From Atractiella rhizophila (taxonomy: Eukaryota), in NCBI GenBank assembly GCA_021432655.1, contig MU271367.1:1-64000 (forward strand): a DNA stretch of 64,000 nt. The letters run 5' to 3'. This document shows, in pieces, positions 39,310 through 51,811 of this stretch (position 1 is the first letter of the stretch; each line of letters starts with the position of its first letter). Both the position numbers and the translations under genes were made by a program. A model generated the notes under the pieces. It saw only the letters and a program-made list of their open reading frames with translations, was not told the DNA's origin and ran no database searches.

Positions 39310-41391
39310 TCACATGATGGTGCACCTACAACAGCCGCCTCCATGTTTATCATCCTTCTCTACCTTCTCTGCCGGCATCTCTAACCTCGTCTCCACCGCC
39401 ACCTCAGGAATAGCAGCCGAATTCCTCTGCCAAACTTCCTTCCTCTCTCCCAGACCAACGATCTGTCCATCGGGTCTCAACACGCTCTTATTCCTCTTCA
39501 AACTTCCAGAGACCGCTGTCGAAGGAGTCTCCACGTCCCTCTCGCGCATTGTCGAAGCTCCATCGCCAACTAACGTTCGGTTGTCCTCGACGTGAACCGG
39601 CACCGTCTCTTCAGACACCTTTTGTTCCTCCGCCTTCGACTCGACCCGCCGAAGCACCTTCTTCCCATTCACAATCACGAGCTCCATCCCCGCAGGTCGC
39701 CCTTCCTTGTCCCAGTCCCGGATGAGGGCATCGCCTCCCTTCTGCGCCTGCTCTTCCTGCCACTCCCTATGCATCTTCCTCGCAACGGCGGGGAGGACGA
39801 CATCATCCCAAGAAGGTTTCACAGATTGTCCACCTTCTGGAGGGGAAACAGAATTTGTCGGGGAATGGGCTTTGTAAATGATAGGAGGGGAGGCAGAGAA
39901 AGGAGCGGAAGGACCGTCAGACGAGTGATTGATTGAAGAAGTGGAAAAGGAGCGACGGCGTGGCACCGCATTCGATGTACCCGCACGAGGTACAACCGGT
40001 CGTTTGGTCGTCGATGGGCGTTTGGTGGCAGGAGAGACGGATCGATTGCCTGCCGTCGTTGTCCCACTCTTATTGGCTGAAGAAGGGGTGCGCACACGCG
40101 GCGCCGCCGTCCCCATATTACCCGTTTTGGCTCTCACCCGAGGTTTCGCTGGAGCATCTGTTGGACGAGGAGCAGAAGTCGGTTTGGCGGATGAAGTTGA
40201 ATTGGAGGAAGGAAAGGTTTGAAGAGGAGCGGTCGTCGACCGTTTTATCGAGTGAGAGCGCGGAGGATAGCTGTGGTTCCCTTTCGCGACGACCGCTGCA
40301 CCAGTTTTACCTTTCCCTCGCACAACAGGCGCTTTCTTTGGCGGCTGAGATGGAGGGGCTACTTCTTCAGGTTCATCAGAAACAACCTTCCTCTTCGTTT
40401 GAGGTGGTCCAAACTCCGTAAGATCAAGAGCCGAACTGAGGCGTTTCCGAGATCCACGTTCATCTTCGCTGCCAGTGACCCCCTCCAGCATCTCTCGCTC
40501 GTCATCCATGTCCATCCCATCGCTGGGAAACGTGACTTCCTCTTCATCCGTCTCAGACGCTCGCTGTTTCCCACGCCTCTTGCCCAACCCAGCTGCGCTT
40601 TCGTCTTCGCTGTACGACGTCACCGGCTTGCTCCGCACGGGTAAACGACTCTTCGATCCATTCGCGAAGTACGGCTGGACTTCAGACTCGCTGCCTCGGC
40701 GTACGCTTCTTGGAAGAGAGGTTTGTGAGGAGTTGTTCAGCCCGATGAGACCGGTCTGGCGTGCTGCAAGGGAAGAGGCGCGAGAAGATGAGCGTGAAAG
40801 GGTTGGGCGGTCGTTGGAGAATTGAGAGTTGTAGGGTGGGTAGAATTGTTCGCGAGAAGCAACGGAAGGGAGATTGCCCATCGAGCGGGAGGATCGCGAA
40901 CGTAGCTGCGATTTAGACCTCTGTCGACGTGACATGAGTTCTGGGGCTATTGGAATCCTGTATCGCTCATTCACCATGTGATGAAGGGGAAAGTAGAGAA
41001 CGCCTACTGCACCAGATCCTCCATTCCATCCTCAACCCCGTAACTAACATCTGGAAGGTCCTAAAGAAAAACGAACTCATTAAGAACACCTGTCACAACA
41101 TAGCATGGATACGGAGAAGCGTGCCTCTTTCCTCATCGACAGGTCCATGATCCTCTCATTCTCCTCATCCTCCCAATCAAAATCTGTTCCAGACTGCCTA
41201 TTATCCTCCTCGTCCATCCTTAAGCTCCTCCCATAGACGGTCTGGGCGGTATTAGGTCTTCCGTGAAGCTCTATTTGAGCAGCTAGGTTGACGGGCGTCG
41301 AAGGTTTCTGGAACCCTGACATGCCATTTTTGTACGAGTGTGAGCCGCGGCTGGAGGTTCGCCGTGACGGGGGATACGCTGTAGTGGCCAT
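39310..41391 (-). CDS. Disordered S/R/P-rich protein with C-terminal CaaX prenylation motif
   Basis: 555-codon terminal ORF ending GGGCCRCTIM*; upstream exon from MATTAYPPSRR (41391). Confidence 0.75.
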
Positions 41392-41617
41392 TTTAAGCGG
41401 AGGAGAGGCGGATTGGGGGCAGAGGCATGGTACTCTTTGGTGATGCCAGGTCGTTGTTTTTCGCAAGCACGCAACACGGAACCTTGCAAATCGAAAGCAG
41501 CACTGACAGAAGGTCCTTCTTTCCGCCGTTTCTTCTTTCCAAGTTATTTATCTCTCCGATATTACACTCTTTCACGAGCAGGCACGAGGTGATATGTGGG
41601 TACTATGTAGAAACGCA

Positions 41618-42588
41618 TTACACTCCAAAACTACCTGTAGATGGATTGAATATCGACAACATCGAAAAAGACGCGTAGAATAACGCCAAAGGGTATGCAA
41701 CGAGCAAACGCTGCTCTGACATCCCAAGCACCGACACAAAGATGCCCGAGGATGAGTAGGAGCACCACACTACTGCTAGCAGCGAAAGAAGGTAGCCTGA
41801 TAGACCGCTGAGAGCACAAGTCAGAAAGTGAAAATGTATGGTTAGGTACAAACGTACTCCAGGCTAACAACTACTCCTAAACCACCTATCAGCACCATGG
41901 GTAGCAAGCAGTATCCCAATACGCTCGCTATATTCATGTGAATCAGGATGAGGTGCGTCAAGTCTGAGCGAGAAAGCCTACCTGTTCGATACGCGTCAAT
42001 GCCGTTTGGTGACATCAGATTCAGTAATAGATAGATGGAGATGTCTCCCAGAGCTAGAAGTCCATAAATGTTGGAGAATAACGGCTTGCCTGCCTGTTCT
42101 TCGCTTCAATGTCCTATTTTTGATGGGAGCTGAGAGGACGTACAAAAAGCAGCAGTACTGCAAATAGAAAGACGAAAATGAGTGGTCCAGCGAGGTCTGC
42201 GTCGTCCATAATATGTCTATCTACCTGCCGCAGGGGATTGAGCACCGTCATCGACTTATCTCGAATGTGGGAGAAGTTGATGCCCAGCTCTACGTGTCCA
42301 CGAAACGCAACAGCTCAGCCGCTAGTTCCAACCATTTGGCCAGCAAATGGACATACCCTCCATCAGACTATCCTCTCCCTCGAATCCTCCGGTGCCAAAA
42401 GCACTCCAAAACCCTCCCTGAGCCACCATTTGTCCTCCAACTCGACTTCCGCCTGAGCCTACGTTCCCTTCGAGATTCTGCCGATAGTAACCATGATTCT
42501 CGTTAGGAGTCGAAGAGTAGAACTGGAGGTTGGGGTCCTGCTGCGAGTATGATTGGAACTGAGGCTGCTGGGCGTAATAGCTGGACAT
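41618..42588 (-). CDS. YIP1: Yip1-family ER/Golgi membrane protein
   Basis: FWSAFGTGGFEGE..LMEELGINFSHI..VLNP..IMDDADLAGPL; SVLGYCLLPMV; LVAYPLALFYASF. Confidence 0.93.
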
Positions 42589-42683
42589 GTTGCGTCGTCG
42601 TTTGTGGGTGGAATATTTTGGGAAATGCGGACTGGTCAAACAGGCAGAAACGCAAGGCGAAAATTTTCAACAACGAATCCAAA

Positions 42684-44206
42684 ATGGCAGAAAGCGCCTT
42701 TCAGGACGAGTTCACAGCTCAATCGGGTGCGTTTTCCTGGTTATTGGGAGCAGGGCGGATGGAGTGCTGATGGGAAGTCGATCAGGCTCAAACTGGATCA
42801 TCAGTCTCGATTCTTTCCCTCAACAACTCACCGATGCCGCACTTTTCATCTCCAAATCTCTCCCGCAAGATGCACGCGAACCGTACATCGCTAAGTTCTC
42901 GCTAGAGAACAAGGACGCAGAGGAACTAGCCAAGGTAGAAACGAAGCAGGCGTTGGTGCAAGATCTGCTAGCACCACTGAACGGTTTGACTTGGGGAGAA
43001 GGACTCGACAAAGGTGCGTGGATAGTCTTGTTTGGCTCGTCATCAGATTGAAGAAGATGGCGTAGAACTGGAGGGATATGTCGCTCTTCTGCATCACCTT
43101 CTGCTCATTTCTTTCCCACCAACGAGCGAGGAATACTCCACTCTCGTCCTTGCGCTCGCCAAATCTCTCACAGTCGAGCATGCACGTCCTGGCGTCAAAT
43201 TCACGTCGCGGTATAACGCGTAGGCTCTTCTTATCTTCTTTACAACATCTTGATACCATTGTTTATTTAACAGGCTCACTACACTGTTCAACTCATTTTC
43301 CATCCCGAGCAGGCTCAACATCATCACTCTCCTCCATCTAGCCTCCACTGCCCAGAAAAACGACGACCTCTCCTTCGTCCTCCCAGTCATCCAGAATTTC
43401 GTTCCCTACCTTACACTCTGCGGCTTTTCGCCATCCTCTTCCAACGCTTCTGAAGGAGCATCTTACCTCCTGCAGCTCGAGGAGATCATCTCTTCGTCAC
43501 CCGAGCGGGACGTCGCCATTGACTCAGCATTGCAGGAAAGTATCAAGGAATTCGTGGAAGCCGCGCCGTCCGACTCAAAATCCGATACAACACTGGATCT
43601 CGTCGCCAAACTCTTAGTTCTAGCGATTCGGAATCCCACTTTCGTCGCATTTTACTCCCTCGCCTCCTTACCCACCGTCCGCTCCTTCCTTTCCTCCAAC
43701 CGTCACCCTGCGGTGGCAAAGCTGTTCCAAACGATTTTAGAGGGAGACGTGAAGGATTTGAAGGGAGTGAAAGTGGAGGGTGTCACGTATGAACAGGCGG
43801 AGAGGAAGCTGAGAAGACTTGTTGTATCCGACCTTGCGACGAATAAGGGGACGGTGAGTTACGACGAGGTGAAGAACACTCTGGAGCTTGCGGATGACGA
43901 CGAGGTAGAGATAGTCCTGATAGACTGTTCGTCCTCTCCTTCCTGTACACCGTCCCGCCTGATTTTGTCATGGATGCAGCGCTTCAATCTACCCTCTTGA
44001 ACGGAAAACTAAACCAACGGGATCGAACGCTCGTCGTAGAATCAGCCGTACCAAGATCGTTCTCGAAAGACAAGTGGGAAGCTCTGCAGAGCAAGCTGGA
44101 GAATGTGAGGGCATCACTCATCGGTTTTTGGAGCCAAAACTTGGAATCTCAGCCTGCTACTGAAAACGCTCTTCCTGTAGCGACAGGAACACCTATCGCC
44201 GTATAA
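42684..44206 (+). CDS. EIF3M: Translation initiation factor eIF3 subunit M (PCI domain)
   Basis: C-terminal PCI domain: ERKLRRLVVSDLA..VSYDEVKNTLE..EVEIVLIDALQSTLLNGKLNQ..RSFSKDKWEALQSKLE; N-terminal LTTLFN motif. Confidence 0.8.
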
Positions 44207-44521
44207 TGCCGAATACGAATATTGTGCATTTACCTCCATATACTTCCATAGTTCTATGACACGCGGCCATCGGAGTACGTGACAACCAAGAAGCGTGAAT
44301 CCACAGGTGCATGAAGATTGTAGCTAAATAGTGATTGAAGGAGGAGATGCCGGCCCTCTGGGAACCGATCAGCCAATCAGAGGCGTGAAAAATACCACAA
44401 CCTTGCTTTGACGACCACATAAATAACAGCGCAACCAAAAGGCTCTTGCCCACTCTCCTTTCTCTCTCAACACCACTCCAGCAGCGCCTAGACCAGTTAA
44501 AAGTAATATCACTCTCTCAAA

Positions 44522-45830
44522 ATGGTCAACGCAGACGTCCGCAACAAGGAAGGTATCCAGACCTACACCTCACACTGGGAGGCAGACGCTGCCAATGACG
44601 ACGATAACAAGCAGAAACAGCGTCTTGGTGTTTATACGTGAGCTTTGTCTTCTGTCTCCAAGTCGTGGAAGGGGTTGAGCGGTACCAATTGAAGGTACCT
44701 TGTCAATTCCTACTACGATGGCGCTACCGCCCTCTACGAGTATGGATGGGGAACCTCCTTCCACTTCTGTCGCTTCTATCCTGGAGAGCCTTTCTATCAA
44801 GCACTGGCAAGACACGAGCATTACCTTGCTTCCAGGATGGGTCTTAAGAAGGACATGAAGGTGCTCGATGTTGGATGTGGCGGTGAGTTTATCATATTCC
44901 ATCCAAAGAACAGTTATTAAATAGTGGATGGGATGCTACAGTCGGAGGACCTGCTAGGGAAATCGCCAGGTTCTCAGACGCCAAAATCACTGGTCTTAAC
45001 AACAACATGTACCAGATTGAGAAGGCGACGAAGTACACTGCGAAGGCTGGACTGTCAAATCAGGTCAACTACGTCAAGGGCGACTTCATGAAGCTCGGAG
45101 AGCAGTTTGGTCCTAACTCATTCGATGCCGTGCGCTGTCTCTCTTTCTTACAAAAGACCTGGAATGAACCTGTTGGTAGGTCTACGCCATCGAAGCGACG
45201 TGTCATGCTCCTACTTTTGAAGGCGTCTATGGGGAAATTTATAAGGTCCTCAAGCCTGGTGGAGTCGCTGGAATCTACGAATGGGTGATGTCAGACTCGT
45301 GGGATCCCTCCAACGTTCGTCTTCATCCCTCTTTCTCCTATTACATGGCTCATTTGTGACGCAGCCGGAACACAAGAAGATCTCGCACGGAATCGAGTTG
45401 GGGAACGGGATTGCTGAGATGAGATCTCTTTCCGCCGCGCGCGCTGCTCTCAAGAGTGTCGGGTTCATCATCGAGCACGACGAGGACCTTGCGGAGAGGG
45501 ACGACAAAATCCCTTGGTATTATCCCCTCGAGGGAGATTTGAGGAAGGCGCAGACCCTTTGGGACCTTGTCACCACTTGGAGGATGACGAAATTCGGCAA
45601 GTTCTGCACACAGTCTTTCCTCTATTACGGCGAAAAGTTCGGAGTGGTACCAAAGGGAACTCACAGCGTTGGAGAGGCGTTGATTGTCGCCGCTGATAAC
45701 TTGGTCGCTGGTGGACAGACGAAGGTATGTTGCCTCTCCTCTTCATTGGGAGGAAACGCTAAGGTTTTCTTCGTCATGATGACAGCTCTTTACCCCTATG
45801 CAGCTCTTCATCGTCCGGAAACCAGCATGA
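44522..45830 (+). CDS. ERG6: Sterol 24-C-methyltransferase (complete copy)
   Basis: [78 protein letters not shown]. Confidence 0.97.
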
Positions 45831-46003
45831 TAAATGAAGCATTCATGCCCCCTTTACACTCATTCCTTGTTTCTTACACTTTTACTGGGTTTGGATGCTC
45901 TGTCTATCTCGCCTCACTGTGGTCGCAGTATCGTATAATAGTACCTCTTTTGCCGTAATAATAAACAGCTTTTATCCTACAACCTCGTAGAGACTATAAT
46001 ACA

Positions 46004-46582
46004 TCACCGCTGCACCAGATTCAGGCGAGTCGTGACCTCCACCTGGCCTTGTAAGAGATTAGCAAGGTAGGAAACCATGAGCACGTCCTATTCCAATCAT
46101 CTTACTCAACACAATGCACAACCTGCGTAGAATAGAAAGCCCTACGGTAAGGTGTCCATTGAAGGAGTCACTTGCTACAGTCTTCCGCGCTCTTTCTTCA
46201 TTCTCCAATAAGGAAACGCTCTCCCACAGCGCACGTCCGACTTTCTCATCTCCTTCACGCTCGCCATTGTTCACCGAGGCGACATAAGCGATCGTCTGAT
46301 CGAGGAGGGAGGTCATGCGGAGGGTCAGTTGGTGCAGATTTTGAGTGGGCGTTGTGAGAGGTGCAGAAGGGACTAAATCATTGATGTTAGCTTCGACCTT
46401 ATGGATAAAGGAAAAACATACGCTGGGAATCCAGGAGAAGGGAGGTGGGAAGAGGTTTGAAGATTGCGTTCTCGGGACGGAGTCCGAGGGAAATCCCAGA
46501 GTAGGATTTGAACGTTAGGTCTGAGGGGTTCAGAGTAAGGTGAATTGGAGGACGGGAAGCTCGTGCGGATTGAGAGACTTCG
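46004..46582 (-). other. EIF3F: 5'-truncated duplicate (probably allelic) of the eIF3f 3' half
   Basis: Near-identical to 47984-48569; lacks the N-terminal MPN exons; ends at the poly-A join. Confidence 0.85.
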
Positions 46583-46594
46583 AAAAAAAAAAAA

Positions 46595-47810
46595 AAACAG
46601 CGTCTTGGTGTTTATACGTGAGCTTTGTCTTCTGTCTCCAAGTCGTGGAAGGGGTTGAGCGGTACCAATTGAAGGTACCTTGTCAATTCCTACTACGATG
46701 GCGCTACCGCCCTCTACGAGTATGGATGGGGAACCTCCTTCCACTTCTGTCGCTTCTATCCTGGAGAGCCTTTCTATCAAGCGCTGGCAAGACACGAGCA
46801 TTACCTTGCTTCCAGGATGGGTCTTAAGAAGGACATGAAGGTGCTCGATGTTGGATGTGGCGGTGAGTTTATCATCTTCCATCCAAAGAACAGTTATTGA
46901 ATAGTGGATGGGATGCTACAGTCGGAGGACCTGCTAGGGAAATCGCCAGGTTCTCAGACGCCAAAATCACTGGTCTTAACAACAACATGTACCAGATTGA
47001 GAAGGCGACTAAGTACACTGCGAAGGCTGGACTCTCAAATCAGGTCAACTACGTCAAGGGCGACTTCATGAAGCTCGGAGAGCAGTTTGGTCCTAACTCA
47101 TTCGATGCCGTGCGCTGTCTCTTTATCTTACAAAAACTGGGACTGAAGCTGTTGATAGGTCTACGCCATCGAAGCGACGTGTCATGCTCCTACTTTCGAA
47201 GGCGTCTATGGGGAAATTTATAAGGTCCTCAAGCCTGGTGGAGTCGCTGGAATCTACGAATGGGTGATGTCAGACTCATGGGATCCCTCCAACGTTCGTC
47301 TTCATCCCCCTTTCTCCTATTACATGGCTCATTTGTGACGCAGCCGGAACACAAGAAGATCTCGCACGGAATCGAGTTGGGCAACGGGATTGCTGAGATG
47401 AGGTCTCTTTCCGCCGCGCGCGCTGCTCTCAAGAGTGTCGGGTTCATCATCGAGCACGACGAGGACCTTGCGGAGAGGGACGACAAAATCCCTTGGTATT
47501 ATCCCCTCGAAGGAGATTTGAGGAAGGCCCAGACCCTTTGGGACCTTGTCACCACTTGGAGGATGACGAAATTCGGCAAGTTCTGCACACAATCTTTCCT
47601 CTACTACGGCGAAAAGTTCGGAGTCGTACCAAAGGGAACTCACAGCGTTGGAGAGGCGTTGATTGTCGCCGCTGATAACCTGGTCGCTGGTGGACAGACG
47701 AAGGTACGTTGTTTCTCCTACTCATTGGGAGGAATCGCTAAGGTTTTCTTCGTCATGATTACAGCTCTTTACCCCTATGCAGCTCTTCATCGTCCGGAAA
47801 CCAGCATGAT
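46595..47810 (+). other. ERG6: 5'-truncated duplicate (probably allelic) of ERG6
   Basis: Near-identical to 44615-45830 but lacks the ATG and first ~30 codons; begins at the poly-A join. Confidence 0.9.
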
Positions 47811-47983
47811 AAATGAAGCATTCATGCCCCCTTTACACTCATTCCCTGTTTCTTACACTTTTACTGGGTTTTGGATGCTCTGTCTATCTCGCCTCACTGT
47901 GGTCGCAGTATCGTATAATAGTACCTCTTTTGCCGTAATATCAAACAGCTTTTATCCTACAACCTCTCAGATACTATAATACA

Positions 47984-49006
47984 TCACCGCTGCACCAGAT
48001 TCAGGCGAGTCGTCACCTCCACCTGCCCTTGTAAGAGATTAGCAAGGTAGGAAACCATGAGCACGTCCTATTCCAATCCATCTTATTCAACACACTGCAC
48101 AACTTGCGTAGAATAGAAAACCCTACGGTAAGGTGTCCATTAAAGGAGTCACTTGCTACTGTCTTCCGCGCTCTTTCTTCATTCTCCAATAGGGAAACGC
48201 TCTCCCACAGCGCGCGTCCGACTTTCTCATCTCCTTCACGCTCGCCGTTGTTCACCGAGGCGACATAAGCGATCGTCTGATCAAGGAGGGAGGTCATGCG
48301 GAGGGTCAGTTGGTGCAGATTTTGAGTGGGCGTTGTGAGAGGTGCAGAAGGGACTAAATCATCGGTTTAGATGTTAGCTTCAACGTTATGGATGAAGGAA
48401 AAACATACGTTGGGAATCCAGGAGAAGGGAGGTGGGAAGAGGTTTGAAGATTGCGTTCTCGGGACGCAGTCCGAGGGAAATCCCAGAGTAGGATTTGAAC
48501 GTTAAGTCTGAGGGGTTCAGAGTAAGGTGAATTGGAGGACGGGAAGCTCGTGCGGATTGAGAGACTTCGTGTGTGTAGAAGTTGTGGATGAGAGGAGAAA
48601 AGCTGTTGAGTTTGTCTGAGGTTGCATACCTGCACATTGAGCGTCACCACCTTCTCCCATAAAGCAACAAGACACAGAGAAAAACACACCATCCCACGAT
48701 AGACTCTTTGCTGTTCACCTTGGTCATCATCTCGTACATTGACGAGTGATGTTCCTGGTCAAGCACCACCTCGAATTCTCCACCCCCATCCCCCCTACGC
48801 TTAGCAGCATAAGGGACACCGAAAGAAGATGTAACATGGAGCGTAGACTCGCTCCAGGTGCCTAGAAGCGTACCGAAAACTCGATCTTGGTCTGGATTGC
48901 GCCTAAGATGGTGGTCCAAGAGGGAGGCGATAACGAGAGGCGAGACCTTGACTGAGGTCACCGTGCGGCTGGATGGAGCCGAGAGGGTGAGCGGAGGCAG
49001 CGACAT
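47984..49006 (-). CDS. EIF3F: Translation initiation factor eIF3 subunit F (MPN domain)
   Basis: VKVSPLVIASLLDHHLRR..DRVFGTLLG..FGVP..KVNSKESIVGWYAT; C-terminal FNGHLTDVLMVSYLANLTRAQVE. No JAMM motif; fits eIF3f better than Rpn8/Csn6. Confidence 0.88.
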
Positions 49007-49147
49007 AGCTACTCTGGGTTGATAATCGTTGCCAGTGAAATCGTCAATCGTTGTTGATTTTTTTCGTTGTTCGTGCCTGTCTCAACTCATTGGACTTTCG
49101 AGGAGCATCGTTTTCAGCCAGCTGGCACTTACACCACAAACCACGAA

Positions 49148-51811
49148 ATGAGTCTCTACCAGAACCTCCATTTGTAAGTGTTCTTGAGCTCTAGGGAACA
49201 GCGCTGACCAAGTCTTGAGTGCAGCTACATCAGCGACCGACGGTACTGGATTGTGAGTTCAGACCGTGACGGTAGAACCCTCCAAATCGACAGGAATTCT
49301 GGCGAATTATCTTTATTGAGCACGAATGTTCTCTGGAATTATAAGCAGCTAACTGACACTCTACCGCAGACTCTGCCGCTCCTCCCGAGAAATATGAGCG
49401 TTCGTTGAGCATCATGGGAGTCTACGGGCTCATCACCCTCGCACAGTGTATGTTCTCTTCCTCTCCGAAACCTCCGCTTACATTCTTACGTCTTAGCCGA
49501 GTATATAATACTAATAACCTCAGCTACACGCGTGACCACACTCTTCTCCTCTCCCATCTTCCAGGCTCTCGATTACGTCGTCTATCCCATTAACCCGGCA
49601 CCTGTTCAGGACCTTCTATCGTCGAAAGAAGAGAAGGCGTTACTGGGCCTCCTCAAGTCTCACCTGCATGGAGGGGGACGATTTTACTTCAGCTATGGAT
49701 ACGATGTCACAACGAGGCTGCAGGAGCAGAGCTTACGACCGGGGAACGTCTGGGATAGAGTCCGTCCACGTTCTTTCCCCATTCTAGATTTCGAATGTGC
49801 TGACACAAAATTGAACAGAGAGACGATAGATTCTTTTGGAATAAATACCTACAGACTAGACTACTCAACTTTAGCTCTGCACCAGAGACTCAAGGCGTGC
49901 GTTTCCCCTTCAAAACCCGTCCTTTGCTCACCTCGTTCTCTGAAGGCTCGGCGTTTTGTCCTTCCCGTGATCATTGGCTGTTAGTACCTGCTTCCTTTCT
50001 TCCCTCCCGTTTCTGACGTATTTGCAATGCAGATGTAAATTTCAAGACTTCATCCATTAATGGTCACCCCGTCCAATACGGTCTCATCTCCCGTCGCTCT
50101 CGCCTACGCGCAGGCACCCGTTACTTCAGTCGAGGCATCGATGCTCAGGGCAACGTGAGCAACTTCAACGAAACGGAGATGATCACCATCATGGACAAAC
50201 CCCCGGCCACGACGAATCAGATTAAAGGAGAATTGGTCTTTTCGTACGTCCAGACCAGAGGGAGCGTGCCGATTTTCTGGGCAGAGGTCAATGATATGAG
50301 GTACAAGCCAACTTTGAAAATTATGCAGGATCGAGATACCGTGAGTCTGCACTTTTCTCTGTTCTACGTTGAACAAGTGATTCTGAATGGTTTTGCGATG
50401 GTGCAGGCGGATGCATTGCGGAAGCACTTGGAATATGAAGTGGCGCAGTACGGTGACCAACACCTCATTAACCTGGTAGACCACAAAGGCCACGAGTTAC
50501 CCATCAAGTTCAGCTTCGAGAGAGCCATAGAAGTCGCGGGTCATCCCCGTGTCCACTATCGCTATTTCGACTTCCACACTCATACCAAAGGACTCCGCTT
50601 CGATCGAGTGTCGTTATTGCTCGACGAGATAGGCGAGGATCTTATCCAGCAGGGGTCCGTATACCTCTCTCTGCATACTGAGACACATGTTGACCGTCGA
50701 CATCCCCTAGATATTTCTTCCGCGACGGAACAGTCGGCTCCTCCTCTCAGAGGACTCAGTCCTCTGTGTGTCGGACGAACTGCATGGACTGCTTGGATCG
50801 GACAAACGTAGTTCAGAGCACCATTGCACGGTGGATGCTGAATCGTCAGTTGAGGGAGATTGGAGTGCTGAAAGCAAACGAGGTGATCGAGGATCAACCC
50901 CAGTTCATGAATTGGTTCAGGAATCGTTCGTTCTTCCCTCCATCTCGGCCAAGAAGGAAAACTCATGCTGTTGGTATAAAGTCTGGGCCGACAATGCCGA
51001 TGTTATCTCGACCACATATTCCGGTACAGGAGCATTGAAAACAGATTTCACAAGGTTTGAAATGTTTTATCACTATGGATAACAAAGGTTAAAGAGTCAT
51101 AGGACGGGCAAACGGACAGTATGGGGAAATATCCAAGACGGAAACAACTCAGTGCAGCGGTATTTGAAAAACAACTATTTCGATGGTCCTCGCCAAGTCC
51201 GTAGTACCGTTATGCCTGGTCGAAAATTAAACTAATGGTTGCACAAGGATGCATTCGACCTCATCACTGGTAACTGGGTTGCTGGACGGGGACCAGGATG
51301 GATGAAGGATAGGCGTCCCATACAAATCCAAATCGTCAGTCATCTACTCATGCGTGCTTGCTTCGGTCGAGCTGATGGCTCGGAAAGATGCCCTACATAT
51401 TCGCTCTCTCACTCTTTTGCTTTCTGTTTACTTCATCGATACCACCTTTCGTTTACGGTATGTCTCATTCGTCGAAAGCTCAAGGCTACGCACTTTGACG
51501 AGTGTGTTGTCGTAGGAACAATACTTTATATCCCAATCGCTAAAATCTTGTGGCTCATCGCTGGCATCCTGACATTCCAATTTATATGGGCGAACGGAAT
51601 CCAATACGTTGCATGGCCGCGTAAGTTTCTTGCTCCCGTGTTTTCGAAAAGACCATTAAGAGCACACGTTCTAGGTCTCGTGCCTTTGGACTATAACATC
51701 GAGTACGACAAGAAGAGACCATTACCGAAACATACGAATGTGATTGCTCAGAAGGGGATAAGAACTCAGAGCGTGGAGATTGAACTGGGCCACAAACAGA
51801 GGGTGGATTAA
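49148..51811 (+). CDS. SAC1: Phosphoinositide phosphatase Sac1
   Basis: [56 protein letters not shown], catalytic [34 protein letters not shown], two C-terminal TM segments. Confidence 0.97.

Larger units (their letters stand above)
44612..48569. repeat. Tandem duplication 1 (~1.98-kb unit: ERG6 body + eIF3f 3' half) joined by a poly-A run at ~46583-46597
   Basis: ~44612-46582 repeats at ~46595-48569 with scattered SNPs and small indels. Confidence 0.95.

Noticed and set aside
46583..46597. Poly-A as a retrotransposon or retrocopy tail
   Set aside because: Flanking duplicated genes keep their introns, no TSD is present, and the A-run falls inside the genes rather than at a 3' end.
35341..51811. 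Lipid/ER-trafficking gene cluster (OPI1, YIP1, ERG6, SAC1)
   Set aside because: Functional theme is loose and interspersed with unrelated genes; no evidence for a cluster without synteny data.
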